Positions 61,554 through 64,000 of a stretch of DNA of 64,000 bases are shown piece after piece (position 1 is the stretch's first letter; every line of letters starts with the position of its first letter). Under the pieces are notes generated by a model. It did no database searches. It worked only from the letters and a program-made list of their open reading frames with translations, and was not told the origin of the DNA. Both the position numbers and the translations under genes were made by a program. Where the stretch lies: contig JBLDXI010000004.1 of NCBI GenBank assembly GCA_047495785.1, positions 1,488,001 to 1,552,000 on the forward strand. The letters are read 5' to 3'. This DNA is from Lepidodermella squamata (Eukaryota; Animalia; Gastrotricha).

Positions 61554-64000
61554 TTATAGCTCACCGCTGTTGTACATCATCCCTGGATAAGCATTTGATT
61601 TGACCGCGTATTGAATTGTGAGAGTTACTTGGCCTGAAGCAACTGGCATCTTGCAGATACCCTCAACTGGAAATTCACAATGAAATTCGAGAAAAAATGC
61701 AGCAAAATCAAGTACCGTAACCCGGTCGACCGATGTGAACCCCGTGATACCCATTCCAAAACACCATTGAAGTTTCGATCTGCGTTGGATCGGTGCACTC
61801 TTTGCCATTTATACGAATGAACCTTGGAAAAAGCTATCAACTACGGCAATCATTTGGAAAATCCTCTAGTTCACCATTTTAGCTGCTCAGACCAAGACGG
61901 GCTAATCGCAAGGGTCCCCATAAACATACCAGTGTACCATTTCACATGGATTGATGATGTGTCTTGCAGTTTTGTCCAGACGAAAATCTAGAAAATGTAA
62001 CAAATTACCATCTGAAGGAATTTTCGTTCAAATATATGCCTTAAGGGGTGTATTTGCACATGGTTGAGTCGAACAGCTACTGCTACAGCTTCCACTGTAA
62101 CGACACGAGTCCTTGAAACTGAAATACTGCCTGTTGTAGTAGGGCAGATCGGCCATAGTTCCATCCGATAGCAATAAGCCATTTGTCGGTAACAACTCGT
62201 TGATTTCTTCGACGAAAATCTGAGAAGGCTGGCCGTTGCCAAGGTTTACTTCGATGTATGAAGCATTGTCGACGCCGTAAGAAATGCAGTTCTGATCGAC
62301 CATGATGTTGATGTCGTATTTGCCAACTGGAAGATTCCTGCAAACTCCGTCAACTTGGATCGAAAAATAAAAGACAGTAATTGAGAGTAGGGATCAAATT
62401 TTCATTGCGAGGTTGAGGGTTCAATTATTTTTTCGATCGGGATAGGGGGGTGGGGGGGGGGGGTTCAGTTTTGAAATGTTCAAAACACTGCGCGAAGTAG
62501 AATCCTGGAACTAGGGGGTATTTTCGGGCACCCTTTTTCGGTTTTCCAATTCAATTCGAGCTGATTTTGATTTTAAATCTTTAATTGCCGCTTACGATTG
62601 AAAGTTGTCGCGCCAACCGCCATTCGCCCAGCCGTGTAGTTGGCATCTTGAGCCTGGTACAGCGTGTGCTCAATCGGAAACGGATCCGCGCATTGGCGGC
62701 CGTTGATGAGCGCGAAAAATCGAATGCATCGCTTGTAGACATCGAACATCACCTTGGCGTGCCAGTAGATGCGCAACAACGAAGTAGCACTTCGCTTCTT
62801 ATATTTCAGAATTTGCTGAAAGAAACATTTCAAAATGGAATTAGGGCGATGTGGGTTTGTCTTACGTAGGGAAGTTGCCTTTCTCCTGTTGTATACGGCA
62901 CCGACTCTTGAAATTGATCTGAAACAGTATTGAATACTGTCGAAGATCGACAAATCGCAGCATCATCTGACGGTGAAATGGGAGCATTGTGCAAACAATA
63001 AATATAAATTGAAAGGCATTGTTCAAACCTGTTTTGAAAAGATAACTAGCAGGTATGAATTCTTCGAAGTAAATGAAGCTCGGTGTAGGGTAGGAATTCA
63101 TGACAACTCCAATCGAGACGGCCATGCGCTGAACGAGCTCCCGCCGCAAGGACACGCCGTACGAACGATCACCACGCGGCACCTCGTTAAATGTACACAG
63201 CATTTCGCCTATATGCCATAGCGTAAAAGTGTGTTCTAATATCGGGCTTTGACTTACCCCCCACGGCAACGCCAGCATCTGCGCTGTAGCCAGGATTTTT
63301 CATATCGCGACCGATGTGGTGTGTGAGGCTGATATTAAGCCAATATCGAAACTGGGTTCGATGTTAGGTAATGTGTTCCTACCCTTTCTCGCCCATGCAC
63401 AAATTGCCGTTTAGAGTCACGTCAACGTAAGCCACTTCTTTTCCGCAACAACTCTGTTCCCATATATACCTTTCGATTAATGAAGGCTCAATCATTCTAT
63501 CAGAACGATATCAAGCACTTACCATGTGAAGCTCATTGATACTCGAACGTGAGTGAAATCGTGAAGCTTTTTCCAAGTTCCTTGCTGTTTTTAAGTAAAT
63601 ATCCAGCAATTTTATGAGCTGCCGAATAATTTTCTTTATCGTTCACTTTTTATTCCAGCACGGAAAATGGAAAATCATAAAAATCATAAAAATTGGACGC
63701 GCAATATTGGAAATTGAAAAATTGAGGGAAATTGAGGGAGAAGGGATACCTCAGCGAATGATTGCATGACCTTGATAATATTGATTAAGCGACGATCTCA
63801 CCTTGAAGTTCGGTATGGCTGTATAACCGCTGATATTTCGCGAGAACTGCGTGAAATGAACCCTGCGCGGATATTCAACACAGCCGTTTTCTTCGCCTGT
63901 AAATCGAATACATGTTATGCTTGTTTGGAAAATATCTCGGTTTCCTCCGTACCAGCGCAATACGACTTTGACCCTACGCAGTCCTGAACACAAACTGGAG
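61554..64000 (-). CDS. Multi-exon gene with at least three tandem CTHRC1 C-terminal-like domains (5' end outside window)
   Basis: KKRSATSLLRIYW..CIRFFALINGRQCADPFPIE..VDGVCRNLPVG..SQIFVEE; TKLQDTSSIHVKW..FIRINGKECTDPTQIE..VEGICK; CCG..TLNGNLC..SFIYFEE. These parallel the CTHRC1 pattern [45 protein letters not shown] as I recall it. Confidence 0.7.

Overview
Repeat-rich DNA from an invertebrate animal, with many short (about 45-60 nt) GT-AG introns and no prokaryotic features. Left to right it contains: the 3' end of an RTE-type LINE and a second truncated relative; a head-to-head pair of secreted cysteine-repeat/C-type-lectin genes; an EGF-repeat plus CTLD-like gene on the minus strand; many TIR elements, some triply nested; two intronless Cys-loop (pentameric ligand-gated) channel genes with a near full-length APE-RT LINE between them; three tandem divergent class-A GPCR genes plus a relic; protease and ankyrin pseudogenes; a CCCH-finger ORF; and a gene with tandem CTHRC1-like domains that runs off the right edge. 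Two candidates for undescribed biology stand out. (1) Both Cys-loop channels carry two N-terminal LamG/pentraxin-like domains and a mucin stalk. These parts diverge strongly between the paralogs while the channel is almost invariant, which suggests a possible lectin-gated channel family. (2) A 3.3-kb hAT-type element (14-bp TIRs, perfect 8-bp TSD) carries a complete 5-exon secreted-protein gene and is inserted in a coding exon of the lectin gene. Domain names come from reading motifs by eye, not from database searches. Exon coordinates and identities are manual estimates.
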